Source: Chiloscyllium plagiosum (lineage: Eukaryota). From it: 64,000 nucleotides of DNA. The stretch lies in contig NC_057749.1 in NCBI RefSeq assembly GCF_004010195.1, forward strand, positions 20,506,095 through 20,570,094, written 5' to 3'. Under the pieces are notes generated by a model. That model did no database searches. It was not told where the DNA came from and saw nothing but the letters and a program-made list of their open reading frames with translations. How positions within the stretch are numbered: the first letter of the stretch is position 1; every line of letters begins with the position of its first letter. This document shows, in pieces, positions 11,400-23,736 of this stretch. The translations under genes were made by a program, and so were the position numbers.

Positions 11400-12438
11400 A
11401 AACATAGAACAGTACAGCACAGTACAGGCCCTTCGGCCCTTAATGTTGTGCCTACCTTTTATCCTACTTTAAGATAAAACTACATGCCCTTCATTTTACT
11501 ATCTTCTATCCAAGAGTCACTTAAATGTCCCTAATGTACCTGACTCTACTGCCACTACTGGCAGTGCATTCCACACACCCACCACTCTCTGTGTAAAGAA
11601 CCTACCTCTGACATTTCGCCTAAACCTTCCTCCAATCACCTTAAATAATGCCCCCGGGGGATACCATGGAAAAAAGTCTCTGATTATTCACTCTATCTAT
11701 GCCTCTCATCATCCTGTATATCTCTATCAAGTTGCTTCTCACCCTTCTTCGCTCCAACGAGAAAAGCCTTACCTCCCTCAACCTTTCTTCATAAGACATG
11801 CCATCCAGACCAGTCCTGGTAAATCTCCTCTGCACCTTTTTAAAGCTTCCACATCATTTCTATAATGAGGCAACCAGAACTGAACACAATATTCCAAGTG
11901 TGGTCTAACCAGGGTTTTTTTAGAGCTGCAGCATAACCTCACAGCTCTTAAACTCAATCCCGCTGCTAATGAAAGCCAACAAACCAGACATCTTCTTAAC
12001 AACCCTATCAGCTTGAGTGACATCTTTGAGGGACCTATGGACATGTACCCCAAGATCCCTCTGTTTCTCCACACTGCCAAGAATCCTGCCTTTAACCCTG
12101 TCATCTGCAATCAAATTCAATCTTCCAAACTGAATCACTTCATACTTTTCCAGGTTGAACTCCATCTGCCACTTCTCAGCCCAGATCTGCACCCTGTCAA
12201 TGTCCCACTGCAACTTACAACACTATCCACCATTCCACTAACCTTCGTGTCATCGGCAAACTTCCTAACTCACCCTTTCACTTCCTCATCCAAGTCATTT
12301 ATAAAAATCACATAGAGCAGAGGTCCCAGATCAAATCTCTGCAGAACACCACTGGTCACTGAGCTCCAGGCTGAATAATTTCCACCTACTGCCACCCTCT
12401 GTCTTCTATGGGCCAGCCAATTCTGTATCCAGACAGAT
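11400..12438 (-). mobile_element. CR1 LINE 3' portion
   Basis: Frameshifted ORFs: WIQNWLAHRRQRV...SGVLQ...LYVIFINDLDE, WAEKWQMEFN, LVRPHLEYCVQFW. Confidence 0.92.
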
Positions 12439-12689
12439 GTTAGTACACAATTTCGTTTCTCCACTAGAATTTTATGAACCATCTCATCAGTACCATGTGG
12501 TTTCTTTCATAAACACCATCACTAAAAGGAACTTTCCACTGCTTTTGTTCATGACCACAATGCGCATAGTTTCACCCATGTTTCTAAATCATCAATGCTA
12601 ATTCCTCACGGCAATTGTCCCAGTATGTTCCTTATCCATTTCTCCACTACTTTGTTCACTATTACTCTCTGGGATGTTTTTCACTACGG

Positions 12690-13045
12690 GTGTAACAGGT
12701 TGAGGGGTGACCTTATTGAGGTTTGTAAAATCACGAGGGCACAGATGGGTGATCCTAGGGTGGGGGAGTTCAAAACTTGGGGGCATATGAGAGGAGAAGA
12801 TTCAAAGAGGACATGAGGGACAATGTTTTTACACTGAGGATGGTTTGTGTGCCACTGCCAGAGGAAGTGATGGATGCAGAGACAATTACAACATTTAAAA
12901 GTCATTTGGATAAGTTCATGAATTGGAAGGGTTTGGAGGGATATGGGCCAAACGCGGGCAGGCGAGACTAGTTTAGTTTGGGAACATGGTTGGCATCACC
13001 TGATTGGACCGAAGGGTCTGGTTCCGTGCTGTATGACTCTATGCT
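12690..13045 (+). mobile_element. CR1 3' fragment
   Basis: RLRGDLIEV...; tail GGACCGAAGGGTCTGG...GCTGTATGACTCTATG. Confidence 0.8.
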
Positions 13046-13151
13046 GAAAAATTTAGTTGTCATGTCTACAAAGAGCAAGATGAAACAGTTTTCCCCCTTA
13101 TCCCATACTTATAAAACCCATTGCTACAATTTGGTAAAATCTTTCACTTAT

Positions 13152-13460
13152 GCAGGGCAGCATGGTGGCTCAGTGGTTAGCACTGCTGCCTCACAGTGCT
13201 AGGAACCTGGGTTCGATTCCAGCCTCAGGCAACTGTCTGTGTGGGGTTTGTGCATTCTCGCCATGTCTATGTGGGTGTGCTCTGGTTTCCTCCCACAGTC
13301 CAAAGATGTGCAGGTTAGGTCGATTGGCCATGCTAAATTGCCCCACAGTGTTCAGGGATATGTGAGTTAGGGGAGTGGATCTGGGTGAGATACACTTTGG
13401 AGAGTTGGTGTGGACTTGTTGGGTCAAAGGGCCTGTTTCCACACTGTAAGGATTCTAATG
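13152..13460 (+). mobile_element. HE1-type V-SINE
   Basis: GGTGGCTCAGTGGTTAGCACTGCTGCCTCACAG A-box, GGTTCGATTCC B-box, V-domain, CR1-like tail. Confidence 0.9.
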
Positions 13461-14618
13461 GGCTGTGATGGTGACCTTGTGTGTGTGTGTATATATATAT
13501 TTCTTGTTTCTGTCACTTTTATCACTGATTTATTGTGCCCATCATCCCTTATTCCTGTATCCTTTAGTAGGATTTTAAATCTGTAAGAGGATGAATGCAG
13601 GTGCAGTTTTAAGATAAATAGTCTATTTTTCTCTTTAAACTCCCATCTCCAGAGGCCAATAAAAAACTATTTAAAATTTCACTTTTAGACAAGTTAGGTG
13701 CTGTCAAGAGGATAGAATTAGGTCCAGGTTGTGTAATCTGGAAATCCCACTGGCTTTTCAAATACATTTGCCTTGTATTTGATTTTGAGCTTTTGTTCAC
13801 AATCAGTTTTCTCAACAGGAAAGGTATTTCACTTGTCAGTGTCAGAGCTGATAACAAAATATACTCCAGTGATATTACAGGGAATCATCACTAAACCAAC
13901 CAGCATGCTGTCATCCCCAAAGGTAGAACTCTTAAATTCCTTGACCTTACTTTGGAGGTCCTTATCTGAAGAATTTAAATAACATTTTAACCAATCACTG
14001 TCTAAAACAGCACAATTTAATGAGTCTGTCACTGAAGCATGCAGTAGCTAGCTGAAGCTTCCCGTAATTATTACAATTCCTTGTGACTGTTCAATATCAT
14101 CATCTTGTCTCTTCCACCCTTCTGTGTTGGGTGTGATATTGACAACCATGTTATTCCATTTCAGACAATTTATTGCACAAGGGTATATCATATCACATCT
14201 AAAATATCTAATTATCATACCCCAGTCATTTCTGGGGTTCATTGCTCAGTTATAATTTCCCACTTTCTGCCCAACATTATAATTGTCAAAGGTATAACTA
14301 TTCTCGATCCTTCTAGTTTGGATTTCCTTTCATATTGATACTTTCATCTTCTGTACTGGAGGGTCTCATATTGCCTCTATTGATGAATTCTCCATTCTTT
14401 GTATTACTGCTAATGACTCGAGTCACAAATGATGCTGAGAATGAATTTGTTGAAGGCTCTAAAATCTTTATTTCTGAAAATCCAACTCCAGTTTGACATC
14501 TTTGGACAATCCAACAATTTGAAGACAATCCATGTGTTAGGAATCCCCAAGCAGAGTGTTTGGAATCCTGCATGTAGTTTGTTCAGTTCCATTATCACAG
14601 AATGACAGAAGTGTTATG

Positions 14619-15944
14619 GTCCATAACGAGCCTATTCAACCCATCATGTCTGCACTGGCTTGTTAAATGAGCTACCAATCTCCTGTTCTATCTCCATACC
14701 CTCGCATATTATTTTTTTACAGATAAACATCCAATGCCCTCCCTTTTTGATTTTCACAAAAACCTTCTCTGCTTTTGACTGCACTTCAATCTCACTGTCC
14801 TGATTTTTGGGCACCCGGTGTAGAGGGGGAAGGGCAGGCTGGGAGACCTCCTCGTGGGTCTGCTCCTGGGTCTAGCCAAAAAGGCCATAAACAAGTCCAC
14901 ACAGCGGGCGGTGGAGAGGGTCGTTACGGTTGATTGCCTGCCCCTCTTCCGCAGTTAGGTTAGAGCTCGGGTGTTTCTGGACAGGGAGCACGTGGTATCT
15001 ACCAACTCTCTCGAGCTGTTCAGGGAGAGGTGGGCACCACAGGAAGTGGAGTGTCTTATTTCCCCCTCCAACTCTATTTTGATTTAATCCCTGCCCTCCC
15101 CTTCACCTTTTGATTACACAACATTGCCCTTTGATGAGAAGGATTTTGCTTGTCACTGGCCACTTGGGTGTTTCCTGTCTTCCTGGTGGTGGGAAATGAA
15201 TAAAGATTTGTACACCTATTGTCTCTCACTGTGTCTCACACCTGCACACACACAACATGGGTGCTGGGGAAAATATAAGCACTAGTCCATAACGAGCCTA
15301 TTCAACCCATCATGTCTGCACTGGCTTGTTAAATGAGCTACCAATCTCCTGTTCTATCTCCATACCCTCGCATATTATTTTTTTACAGATAAACATCCAA
15401 TGCCCTCCCTTTTTGATTTTCACAAAAACCTTCTCTGCTTTTGACTGCACTTCAATCTCACTGTCCTGATTTTAGGGCAACCGGTGTAGAGGGGGAAGGG
15501 CAGGCTGGGAGACCTCCTCGTGCTCCTGGGTCTAGCCAAAAAGGCCATAAACAAGTCCAGACAGCGGGCGGTGGAGAGGGTCGTTACGGTTGATTGCCTG
15601 CCCCACTTCCGCAGTTAGGTTAGAGCCCGGGTGTTTCTGGACAGGGAGCACGTGGTATCTACCAACTCCCTCGAGCTGTTCAGGGAGAGGTGGGCACCAC
15701 AGGGAGTGGAGTGTCTTATTTCCCCCTCCAACTCTATTTTGATTTAATCCCTGCCCTCCCCTTCACTTTTTGATTACACAACATTGCCCTTTGATGAGAA
15801 GGATTTTGCTTGTCACTGGCCACTTGGGTGTTTCCTGTCTTCCTGGTGGTGGGAAATGAATAAAGATTTGTACACCTGTTGTCTCTCACTGTGTCTCACA
15901 CCTGCACACACACAACATGGGTGCTGGGGAAAATATAAGCACTA
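14619..15944. repeat. Direct tandem duplication of 666 bp (14619-15284) and 660 bp (15285-15944) containing a Tx1-like LINE 3' end
   Basis: Both units begin GTCCATAACGAGCC and end ATAAGCACTA; roughly ten substitutions and one 6-bp indel by eye. Each unit includes LLGLAKxAI...CLPLF...ERW-type text and AATAAA. Confidence 0.9.
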
Positions 15945-17179
15945 TCGCAGTTAGGCGGTAGTGTGGGGGTAAAATTTTTTTTGGTGATTTAGAATTTTCT
16001 CAGTTAAAAAAAAGAATATTAACAGGAGATTTAGAATCTCCTCAGTTCACGGACTGACACCAAGCTGGCTGGCCACAGCCTGTGCACAAGTAAATAAAAA
16101 TGAACATTGAATGCCCTCTTCAATGCCTCAATTGAATCTACCTCCATCACACTCCAGGCCCTCATTATTCACTGAGTGAAAAAGATTTCCCTTACTTAAT
16201 CCTTGCATTTTTTGCAAATCCCTTTTAACACTAGATATTCTTTTACAGAATATCCATCCTGCTTTCTGATTTTATTAAAATCTGACCATGCCTCACGCAA
16301 ATCTAATAGGTCATCTCTCCTATATCTTTTGTCCGTAAATTTTAATAACTTAGCTAAACCTTTCTCAGTGTTTAAACCTTAAATTTCTAGCTCTGAGAGT
16401 ATTTGGCACCTGATCCTGCTTCAGGTAAGGAGGTCAGATCTTGTCGGTTTTTACCTTTTGGTAAGGATGCCATCCATATCTGTACATCACTTCTTGTCTT
16501 CATTGCTTGTAAGGTTCAGTTCCACAGGATATCAGTAGGAAATCAGATCCCAATGTTGTACTTAGTATCAGCCATTCAGCTCAAACTGAGCTCCAATTAC
16601 AACCTTTTGAGCTCTATGTTTCCAATCTTCATCTTTTAACGACCATCCTCTGATGTCAGATTCAATCGAGATCCAAGCCAAAGCAGTGAGACAGAAGCCA
16701 AGATGTTTTCTTTTATGGATCAAGTTTATTAACTATTCAGTCTTACAGCTCCTTCAGTGTTTCAGCTTCACTACATGTAAATTATTTTAAATCAACCTGT
16801 TCAGAAATATTATGAGATTCAAACCAAGATCTTCTGGACCAGATGTAGAGACTCTATTACTACACCACAAAGCCTTTATCTTCATGCATATGTGTGCTTA
16901 GGCAATTACTAGCTGCTACCCATTCCTGTGTGACCTTAAATAATGTCTCAACAATGTGATTAACTGGACAATCACATGAGCATGAGAGAGAAAGATGTAT
17001 GAGAGAGAGAGAGATAGAGAGAGGGAGAGTGTGTGTGGGTAGGGTATGGGAACAGCAGTACACTTATGTAGATTTTTACAGTACTGAAACAGGTGATTTA
17101 ACCCGAGATCCAGCTCAGTATTTATGCTGCACACAACCTACTTCTTTCACTCTATCTGGATACTTAAATACTGACTTCA

Positions 17180-19790
17180 AGAGGATACAGGAGGTAGAGC
17201 TGAGTGTAGTGGCCATCACTGAGGACACATTGCTGGAGAAGCTGTAAGGTCTGAAGGTGGATGAATTAGCTGGACCAGATGACTACATGCCAGAGCTCTG
17301 AAAGAGAGAGCTGATGAGATTGTAGAGGCATTGGTGGTGATTTTTCAGATATCAACAGAGTCAGGGAGGTTCCCAGAAGATTGGAAATGGCTAATATAAC
17401 ACTCATGTTTAAGAAGGGAGGGAGGAAGGAGACAGGGAAATTATAGGCCGGTTAGCCTTGAGGTTCACAAGGGAGAGGTGTTAGCAATTCTGGAAAGTAT
17501 GAAAATAGATAAGCCCCTGGGCTGGATGGAATTTATCCTGGGATTCTCTGGGAAGCCAGGGAGGAGATTACAGAGCCTTTGGCTTTGATCTTTATGTCGT
17601 CATTGTCTCCAGGAATAGTGCCAGAAAACTGGAGGATAGCAAATGTCCCCTTGTTCAAGAAAGGGAATAGAGAAAACGCTGGCAATTATAGACCAGTAAG
17701 CCTTACTTTGGTTGTGGGTAAAGTGTTGGAAAAGGTTATAAGAGATAGCATTTATAATCATCTAGAGAGAAATAAGTTGATTAGGGATAGTCAACACGGT
17801 TTTGTGAAGAGTAGGTTGTGCCTCACAAACCTTATTGAGTTGTTTGAGATGGTGACCAATCAGGTGGATGAGGGTAATGTGGTTGATGTGGTGGGTATGC
17901 ATTTCAATAAGGCATTTAATAAGATTCCCCATGGTAGGCTATTGAATAAAATACAGAGGGATGGAATTGAGAGTGATTTAGCAGTTTGGATCAGACATTG
18001 ACTCGCTGAAAGAAGGCAGAGGGTGGTTCTTGATGGGAAATGTTCATCCTGGAGTTCAGTTACTAGCGGTGTACCGCAAGGATCTATTTTGGAACCACTG
18101 CTGTTTGTCATTTTTATAAATTACCTAGATGAGGGTGTAGAAGGATGGATTAATTTTGAGGATGACACTCAGGTCGGTGGAGTTGTGGTTAGTGCTGAAG
18201 GATGTTGTAGGTTACAGAGGGACAGAGATAAGCTGCAGAGCTGGGCTGAGAGGTGGCAAATGGGCTTTAATGTGGAAAAGTGTGAGGTGATTCACTTTCG
18301 AAGGAGTAAAGGATTGCAGAGTACTGGGCTAATGGTAAGATTCTTGGTAGTGTAGATGAGCAGAGAGATCTCTGTGTCCATGTACATAGATCCCTGAAAG
18401 TTGTCACCCAGATTGATAGTGTTGTTAAGAAGGCATGCGGTGTGTTAGCTTTTATTGGTGGAGGGATTGGTGGAGGGAGCCACGAGGTCATGCTGCAGCT
18501 GTACAAAACTCTGGTGCGGCCGCACTTGGAGTATTGTGTACAGTTCTGGTCACCGCATTATAGAAAGAATGTGGAAGCTTTGGAAAGGGTTCAGAGAAGA
18601 TTTACTAGGATGTTGCCCGGTATGGAGGGAAGGTCTTATGAGGAAAGTCTGAGGGACTTGAGGCTGTTTTTGTTAGACAGAAGAAGGTTGAGAGGTGTCT
18701 TGAGACATATAAGATACTCAGAGAGTTAGATAGAGTGAACAGTGAAAGTCTTTTTCCTCGGATGGTGATGGCTAGCACGAGGGGACATAGCTTTAAATTG
18801 AGGGGTGATAGATGTCAGATGTAGTTTCTTTACTCAGAGAGTAATAGGGGCATGGAACGCATTGCCTGCAACAATAGTGGACTCATCAATTTTAAGGACA
18901 TTTAAATGGTCATTGGATAAAGATATTGATGACAATGGAATAGTGCAGATAGATAGGTTTCAGATTGTTTCCACAGGTTGGCGCAACATCGAGGGCCGAA
19001 GGTCCTATACAGTGCTATAATGTTCTATGTTCCATTAGTCTGACCTTGGTCATTGGTAATACTTTAGAGATCATCACAAAGGATAAGATTACAGAGTAGT
19101 TGGAAGTGGATGGTAAAATAGGGTTAAGTCAGCATGACTTCATCCAAGAGAAGGTCATGCCTAACAAATCTGTTATGAATTCTTTGAGGAGGGAAGGAGG
19201 AGGTTAGATAAAAGAGAGCCAGTGGATGTGATCGATTTGGATTTCCAAAAGGTCTTTGACATGGTGCCACACAGGAGACTGCTCAGTAAGATAAGAGACC
19301 ATGGTGTTAGGGGCAAGGTACTGGTATGGATAGAGGATTGGCTGACTGACAGAAGGCAGATTTTAAAATGGTATTTTTTCAGGATGGTCGCCGGTGACTA
19401 GTGGAGTTCCACAGGAGTCAGTATTGTGCAGACAACTATTCACATGATACATAAATGATCTGGACAAAGGAACCGAGGGCATTGTTGCTAAGTTTTCAGT
19501 TGACATGAAGATAGGTTGAGGGACAAGTAGTGTTGAGGAAGCAAGGAGGCTGCAGAAGGTCTTGGACAGGCTGGAAGAGTGGGCAAAGAAGTAGCAGATG
19601 TGGGAATATGTGCAGGTCTGTATTTTGGTTGGAAGAATAGAGGCATAGATTATTTCCTAAATGTGGAACTTATTGCTGCAGAATGCTGTGGAGGCCAAGT
19701 CATTGAGTTTATTTAAAACAGAGATAGATAGGTTTGTAATTGGTCAGGGGATCAAGGTTTAAAGGGAGGAGGCTCCTATGTCTTCTGGTC
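17180..19790 (+). mobile_element. Nested CR1 LINEs: inner copy ~17460-19032 inserted in an older CR1 (17180-17460, 19033-19790)
   Basis: ORFs 17579-18001, 18023-18355 and 18442-18729 are CR1 RT. The outer element breaks at TATAGGCCGGTTAGCCT and resumes at TTAGTCTGACCTTGG. Confidence 0.9.
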
Positions 19791-20004
19791 TTACTGCCTT
19801 ATATTCTTCAATTAACATTTTCCCACCACTGATGTACTTCTTAGTTGATGTATTTCTTAGTTACAAAAGCTATAATTAATGATGTTGAGTTTTTGTCTCC
19901 CCCCAGTCCAAAACATACCCTCCACACATCACCCCCCATCCCCCATAAAATCCTTTCGTAATTAAAGGCCCATCTTAGAGAGCCCCTCAGCCTTGTCTTT
20001 TCCA

Positions 20005-20105
20005 GACTCTGGATTAGAGTGGTGCTGGAAAAGCACAGCAGTTCAGGCAGCATCCGAGGAGCAGGAAGATCGACGTTTCGGCCAAAAGCCCTTCGTCAGG
20101 AATGA
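20005..20105 (-). mobile_element. PLE family A terminus
   Basis: GTGCTGGAAAAGCACAGCAG...ATCGACGTTTCGGCCAAAAGCCCTTCGTCAGGAATG. Confidence 0.8.
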
Positions 20106-20159
20106 TGGGAGTTAAAAAGTGAAGAAGAGTGGTTTGTCTTTCTTTCAACTTGGGAAGGC

Positions 20160-20420
20160 ACTGATGAAATGATAATGTCATTGAACTAATAATCTGAAGG
20201 AGGATGGTTGGTCCAAATCCCAGCAGGACTACTGGTGGAACTAAAATGCAAATGAAATCTGGCACTGAACGCTACAGTCAGTAACTGCAAAACAAACATT
20301 AATTACATTAAAACTCCATCTGGTTCACCAATTACCATTAGGGAAGGAAATCTGCCATCCTTACCCAGTCTGGCCTACATGTGACTCACGACCCTCAGTA
20401 ATAGAGTTGTCTCTGAAGCT
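20160..20420 (+). mobile_element. Shark tRNA-derived SINE (second family), decayed; related copies at 37385-37750, 59510-59620 and 60220-60560
   Basis: Shared CCATCTGGTTCAC...GGAAGGAAATCTGCCATCCTTACC...CTACATGTGACTC core. Confidence 0.6.
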
Positions 20421-20604
20421 GTCAAGGACAAAGATAGGAACTATGAGCAGGAATAGCTCATTCAGGCCTCATTTACCATTCAGTAATGTCTTAGCCGATC
20501 TGGGTTGTGGTCCTCAGCTTCACATTTCTGGATCCTACCTCTGGCTCCATCCTCACTGTCCATAATCCTTGCCAGGCAAAGATCTCAGCCTCAAAAAAAT
20601 TCAT

Positions 20605-20792
20605 GATGTGGAGGAGCTGGTGTTGGACTGGGGTGGACAAAGTTAAAAATCACATAATGCCAGATTATAGCGCAACAGGTTTATTTGGAAGTACAAGCTT
20701 TCAGAGCACTGTTCCACAGCTACCTGCTGAAGGAGCAGCGATCCGCATGCTAGTGCTTTAGGGCTATAATCTGGTGTTGTATGACTTTTAAC
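20605..20792. mobile_element. Fold-back palindrome of PLE family B terminus (decayed)
   Basis: AGTTAAAAATCAC...CCAGATTATAG left arm versus CTATAATCTGGTGTTGTATGACTTTTAACT right arm; degenerate CCTGCTGAAGGAGC core. Confidence 0.7.
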
Positions 20793-20905
20793 TCAAAGAA
20801 GGTCAACAGTGCATCTTCCACCAATGCTCACAGTGCTCGGGGGAGATAGCCAAATCAGTCTCCAATAGCCACCATACCTCCAGGAAAATTCCAACACAGA
20901 GAAAA

Positions 20906-21508
20906 CCCATTAGGGTATAGACACCCCCTTAACTCGGATCACTGAGGGGCTTCTGCTCCAATCAGAAGTGGGTTCTCCCTCATGTTTGATGTTGATAGAG
21001 TCGTTATGGACCAATCATCAGTAAACATAGGAGAGAGACAGCTTGGAGCAGCAGGAAGAGGGTGTGTGGCAACAGGCAGTAAGACTGGAGGAAATGCCTG
21101 AGGGAGTGCAGGGGGATGGGAAATGGGGCAGCTGGGGTGGCTCAGTGCCCCAAAGGGTGGAGGGTTAGAATGGGAAGCAAGGCTGGCATGTCTGGGAGCC
21201 AGGGATAGCAACTCCCGGGGACCGGCGAGGAGGGCACAGAATGTTAGGTGAGTGTCTGCAAAGCTGCAGAGCTACACTGTCAATGGGGAGAGGGACTGCA
21301 GAATTGAGATGGGGGCTGGAAGGGGAGAGTGTGGCTGCAGGTGGGACAAAGGATTGGAGAGGGAGTCAAGGGTGCAAGGGGGAGAGAGCTGTTTTAATCC
21401 TTTCATTAAATAAACAGTCAGCTAACTGAGAATCAGGGAGTCTGAGGGAATGATCACTTTGCACATGACTTGCCAGCTTAAGGTTACAGGAGTTATGGGG
21501 CTACTATA
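20906..21508. mobile_element. Possible non-autonomous DNA transposon remnant
   Basis: Imperfect terminal inverted repeats TATAGACACCCCCTTAACT / AGTTATGGGGCTACTATA. Confidence 0.3.
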
Positions 21509-21513
21509 CCAAG

Positions 21514-21648
21514 GAGGAGAAAGTGAGGACTGCAGATGCTGGAGATCAGAGCTGAAAATGTGTTGCTGGAAAAGCGCAGCAGGTCAGGCAGCATCCAAGG
21601 AACAGGAGAATCGACGTTTCGGGCATAAGCCCTTCTTCAGGAATGAGG
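21514..21648 (-). mobile_element. Young PLE family A terminus with intact hammerhead core (21609-21644)
   Basis: Near-identical to 5299-5392, 54555-54680 and 62950-63136. Confidence 0.85.
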
Positions 21649-21782
21649 ATTATTCTGAAATGGCTTGGATTATTTCATGCAATAATCCACAGGTCTGACT
21701 GTTACAGCAATGAATACAGCAACAATACCAAACAAACAGCAATGCAGACACAGATTTGTGATATTGATTGATGGATTAATAT

Positions 21783-22265
21783 TTGTTGCCATGGTCTGGC
21801 GATGGAGGAGTCCAAGGACCTGCATGTCCTTGGTGGAGTGGGAGGGGGAGTTAAAGTGTTGGGCTACGGGATGGTTGGGTTGGTTGGTCTGGGTGTCCCA
21901 GAGGTGTTCTCTGAAACGTTCCGCAAGTAGGCGGCCTGTCTCCCCAATATAGAGGAGGCCACATCTGGTGCAGCGGATGCAATAGATGATGTGTGTGGAG
22001 GTGCAGGTGAATTTGTGGCGGATATGGAAGTGTCCCTTGAGGCCTTGGAGGGAGGAGGTGTGGCGCAAGTTTTGCATTTCTTGCGGTTGCAGGGGAAGGT
22101 GCCGGGAATGGAGATTGGGTTGGTGGGGGGAGTGTGGATCTGACGAGGGAGTCACGGAGGGAGTGGTCTTTTCGGAACGCTGATAGGGGTGGGGAGGGAA
22201 ATATATCCTTGGTGGTGGGGTCCGTTTGGAGGTGGCAGAAATGACGGCTGATGATATGTTGTACC
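21783..22265 (-). mobile_element. Penelope-like GIY-YIG endonuclease fragment
   Basis: FTCTSTHIIYCIRCTRCGLLYIGETGRLLAERFREH...PVAQHFN: GIY-YIG with the CxxC insert typical of PLEs. Confidence 0.9.
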
Positions 22266-22342
22266 AAGGAAAATGCAATAGATGCTGTTGTGATGAACAC
22301 TATTTCAACTGGATAATTTTACATGTTCTGCTTCATAATAAT

Positions 22343-22665
22343 TTAGATTAGATTAGATTAGATTACTTACAGTGTGGAAACAGGCCCTTCGGCCCAACAA
22401 GTCCACACCGACCCGCCGAAGCGAAACCCACCCATACCCCTACATTTACCCCTTACCTAACACTACGGGCAATTTAGTATGGCCAATTCACCTAACCTGC
22501 ACATCTTTGGACTGTGGGAGGAAACCGGAGCACCCGGAGGAAACCCACGCAGACACGGGGAGAACGTGCAAACTCCACACAGTCAGTCGCCTGAGTCGGG
22601 AATTGAACCCGGGTCTCTGGCGCTGCGAGGCAGCAGTGCTAACCACTGTGCCACCGTGCCGCCCA
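22343..22665 (-). mobile_element. Young full-length HE1-type V-SINE
   Basis: Complete reverse-complement copy with CpGs retained and a (TTAGA)n tail. Confidence 0.93.
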
Positions 22666-23075
22666 CAAAGTTATGTTTATATTTAAACATTATTATATCC
22701 CAAAGGTATGAATTATGGGAGGTGAAATGACTGTGTGAGAGACAAATGTGAAGCTGTTCAGTTGTGAATTCATCAATTTACAGCAAATTCAGGATGGTTT
22801 TTTTGATGTATAGCAATCTATTTATTTTTTAAAAAAGCATTAACTTCAAATTCACGCCTCTTGCCTTGGCAATTAGACACAGGCAACAAAAGCTGGTCCA
22901 GCCAACGGCACCCATATCCCATGAAAGAGCAAAGAAATAAACGCAGAGCTCTTGAGCTGACGATACAATGTGGAAGTGTAGTGTGCATGGGGAGGAAGTT
23001 AATTGACATTCTTGTCAGTAGGGACTAGCGTAGGGGAAGAGGCTTTTGTGGCAACTCTGTGGTAGTGTCAACTCT

Positions 23076-23430
23076 GAGAAAGTGAGGACCGCAGATGCTG
23101 GAGATCAAAGTTGAGAGTGTGATGCTGGAAAAGCACAGACGGTCGGGCAGCATCCGAGGAGCAGGAGATTGAATGTTTCGGGCAAAAGCCCTTCATCAGG
23201 AAATTGCCTGAAACGTCGATTCTCCTGCTCCTCGGATGCTGCCTGACCTGCTGTGCTTTTCCAGCACCATTCTAATCTTGACGCTGGAAAAGCACAGCCA
23301 GTCAGGCAGCATCCGAGGAGCAGGAGAGTGGACGTTTCGAATGTCATTCCTGATGAAGAGCTGATGCTCAAAACGTCCGCTCTCCTGCTCCTCGGATGCT
23401 GCCTGATCTGCTGTGCTTTTCCAGCACCAG
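23076..23430. mobile_element. Two tandem fold-back palindromes of the PLE family A terminus
   Basis: Arms GCTGGAAAAGCACAG...CGTTTC and GAAACGTC...CTGTGCTTTTCCAGC occur twice (23076-23282, 23283-23430). Confidence 0.85.
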
Positions 23431-23730
23431 AATTTTTGACGGTGGGTAATGTCCCTTCCTCTGGGCCAGGAGATCTAGGTTCAAGACCCATTTACCCAGA
23501 GCTGTGTCATAAACTGTCTAATCGGTTTGGAATAATGTCTATGACTGATCTGCACCCTGTTGTCAGCTATAAAAACCTCAATCCCGAGTCCATAAATTAC
23601 AGAGGGTGGTTGGAGGAAAGGGGAAACCTCACTCTCGAAATGGAAATTCAGTTTCCAATTGTATACCCTGGCCATTGGAATGTGTTCATGGGATTAAACT
23701 GGAAATACCAGCTGCTTAAACAATATATTC

Positions 23731-23736
23731 TTTATT
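23731..23736 (-). terminator. Putative NMB polyadenylation signal AATAAA
   Basis: TTTATT on the + strand, about 260 nt downstream of the NMB stop codon. Confidence 0.6.

Larger units (their letters stand above)
8370..16800 (-). mobile_element. Fragmented Copia (GalEa-like) LTR retrotransposon, interrupted by many later insertions
   Basis: Minus-strand order: PBS-like 16658-16642; gag 16500-16200 and 14600-14100; protease AVLDS ~14010; integrase 13150-13045, 12680-12440 and 11390-11070; linker 10550-10340; RNase H 9650-9400; PPT/LTR start ~8545-8530. The 16-mer GTCTTACAGCTCCTTC is shared at 8384-8399 and 16740-16755. Confidence 0.75.

Noticed and set aside
13152-13230. tRNA-like A/B boxes (also at other SINE heads)
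   Set aside because: These are heads of HE1-type SINEs, not tRNA genes.
13609-14598. Cluster of minus-strand ORFs suggesting an endogenous viral gene or unknown host gene
   Set aside because: Explained as frameshifted Copia gag/protease, colinear with the integrase and RNase H fragments.
23076-23430. Palindromes as pre-miRNAs or classic MITEs
   Set aside because: The arms are PLE 3' termini, breakpoints vary between copies, and TSDs elsewhere in the family are 13-15 bp. No small-RNA evidence is available.
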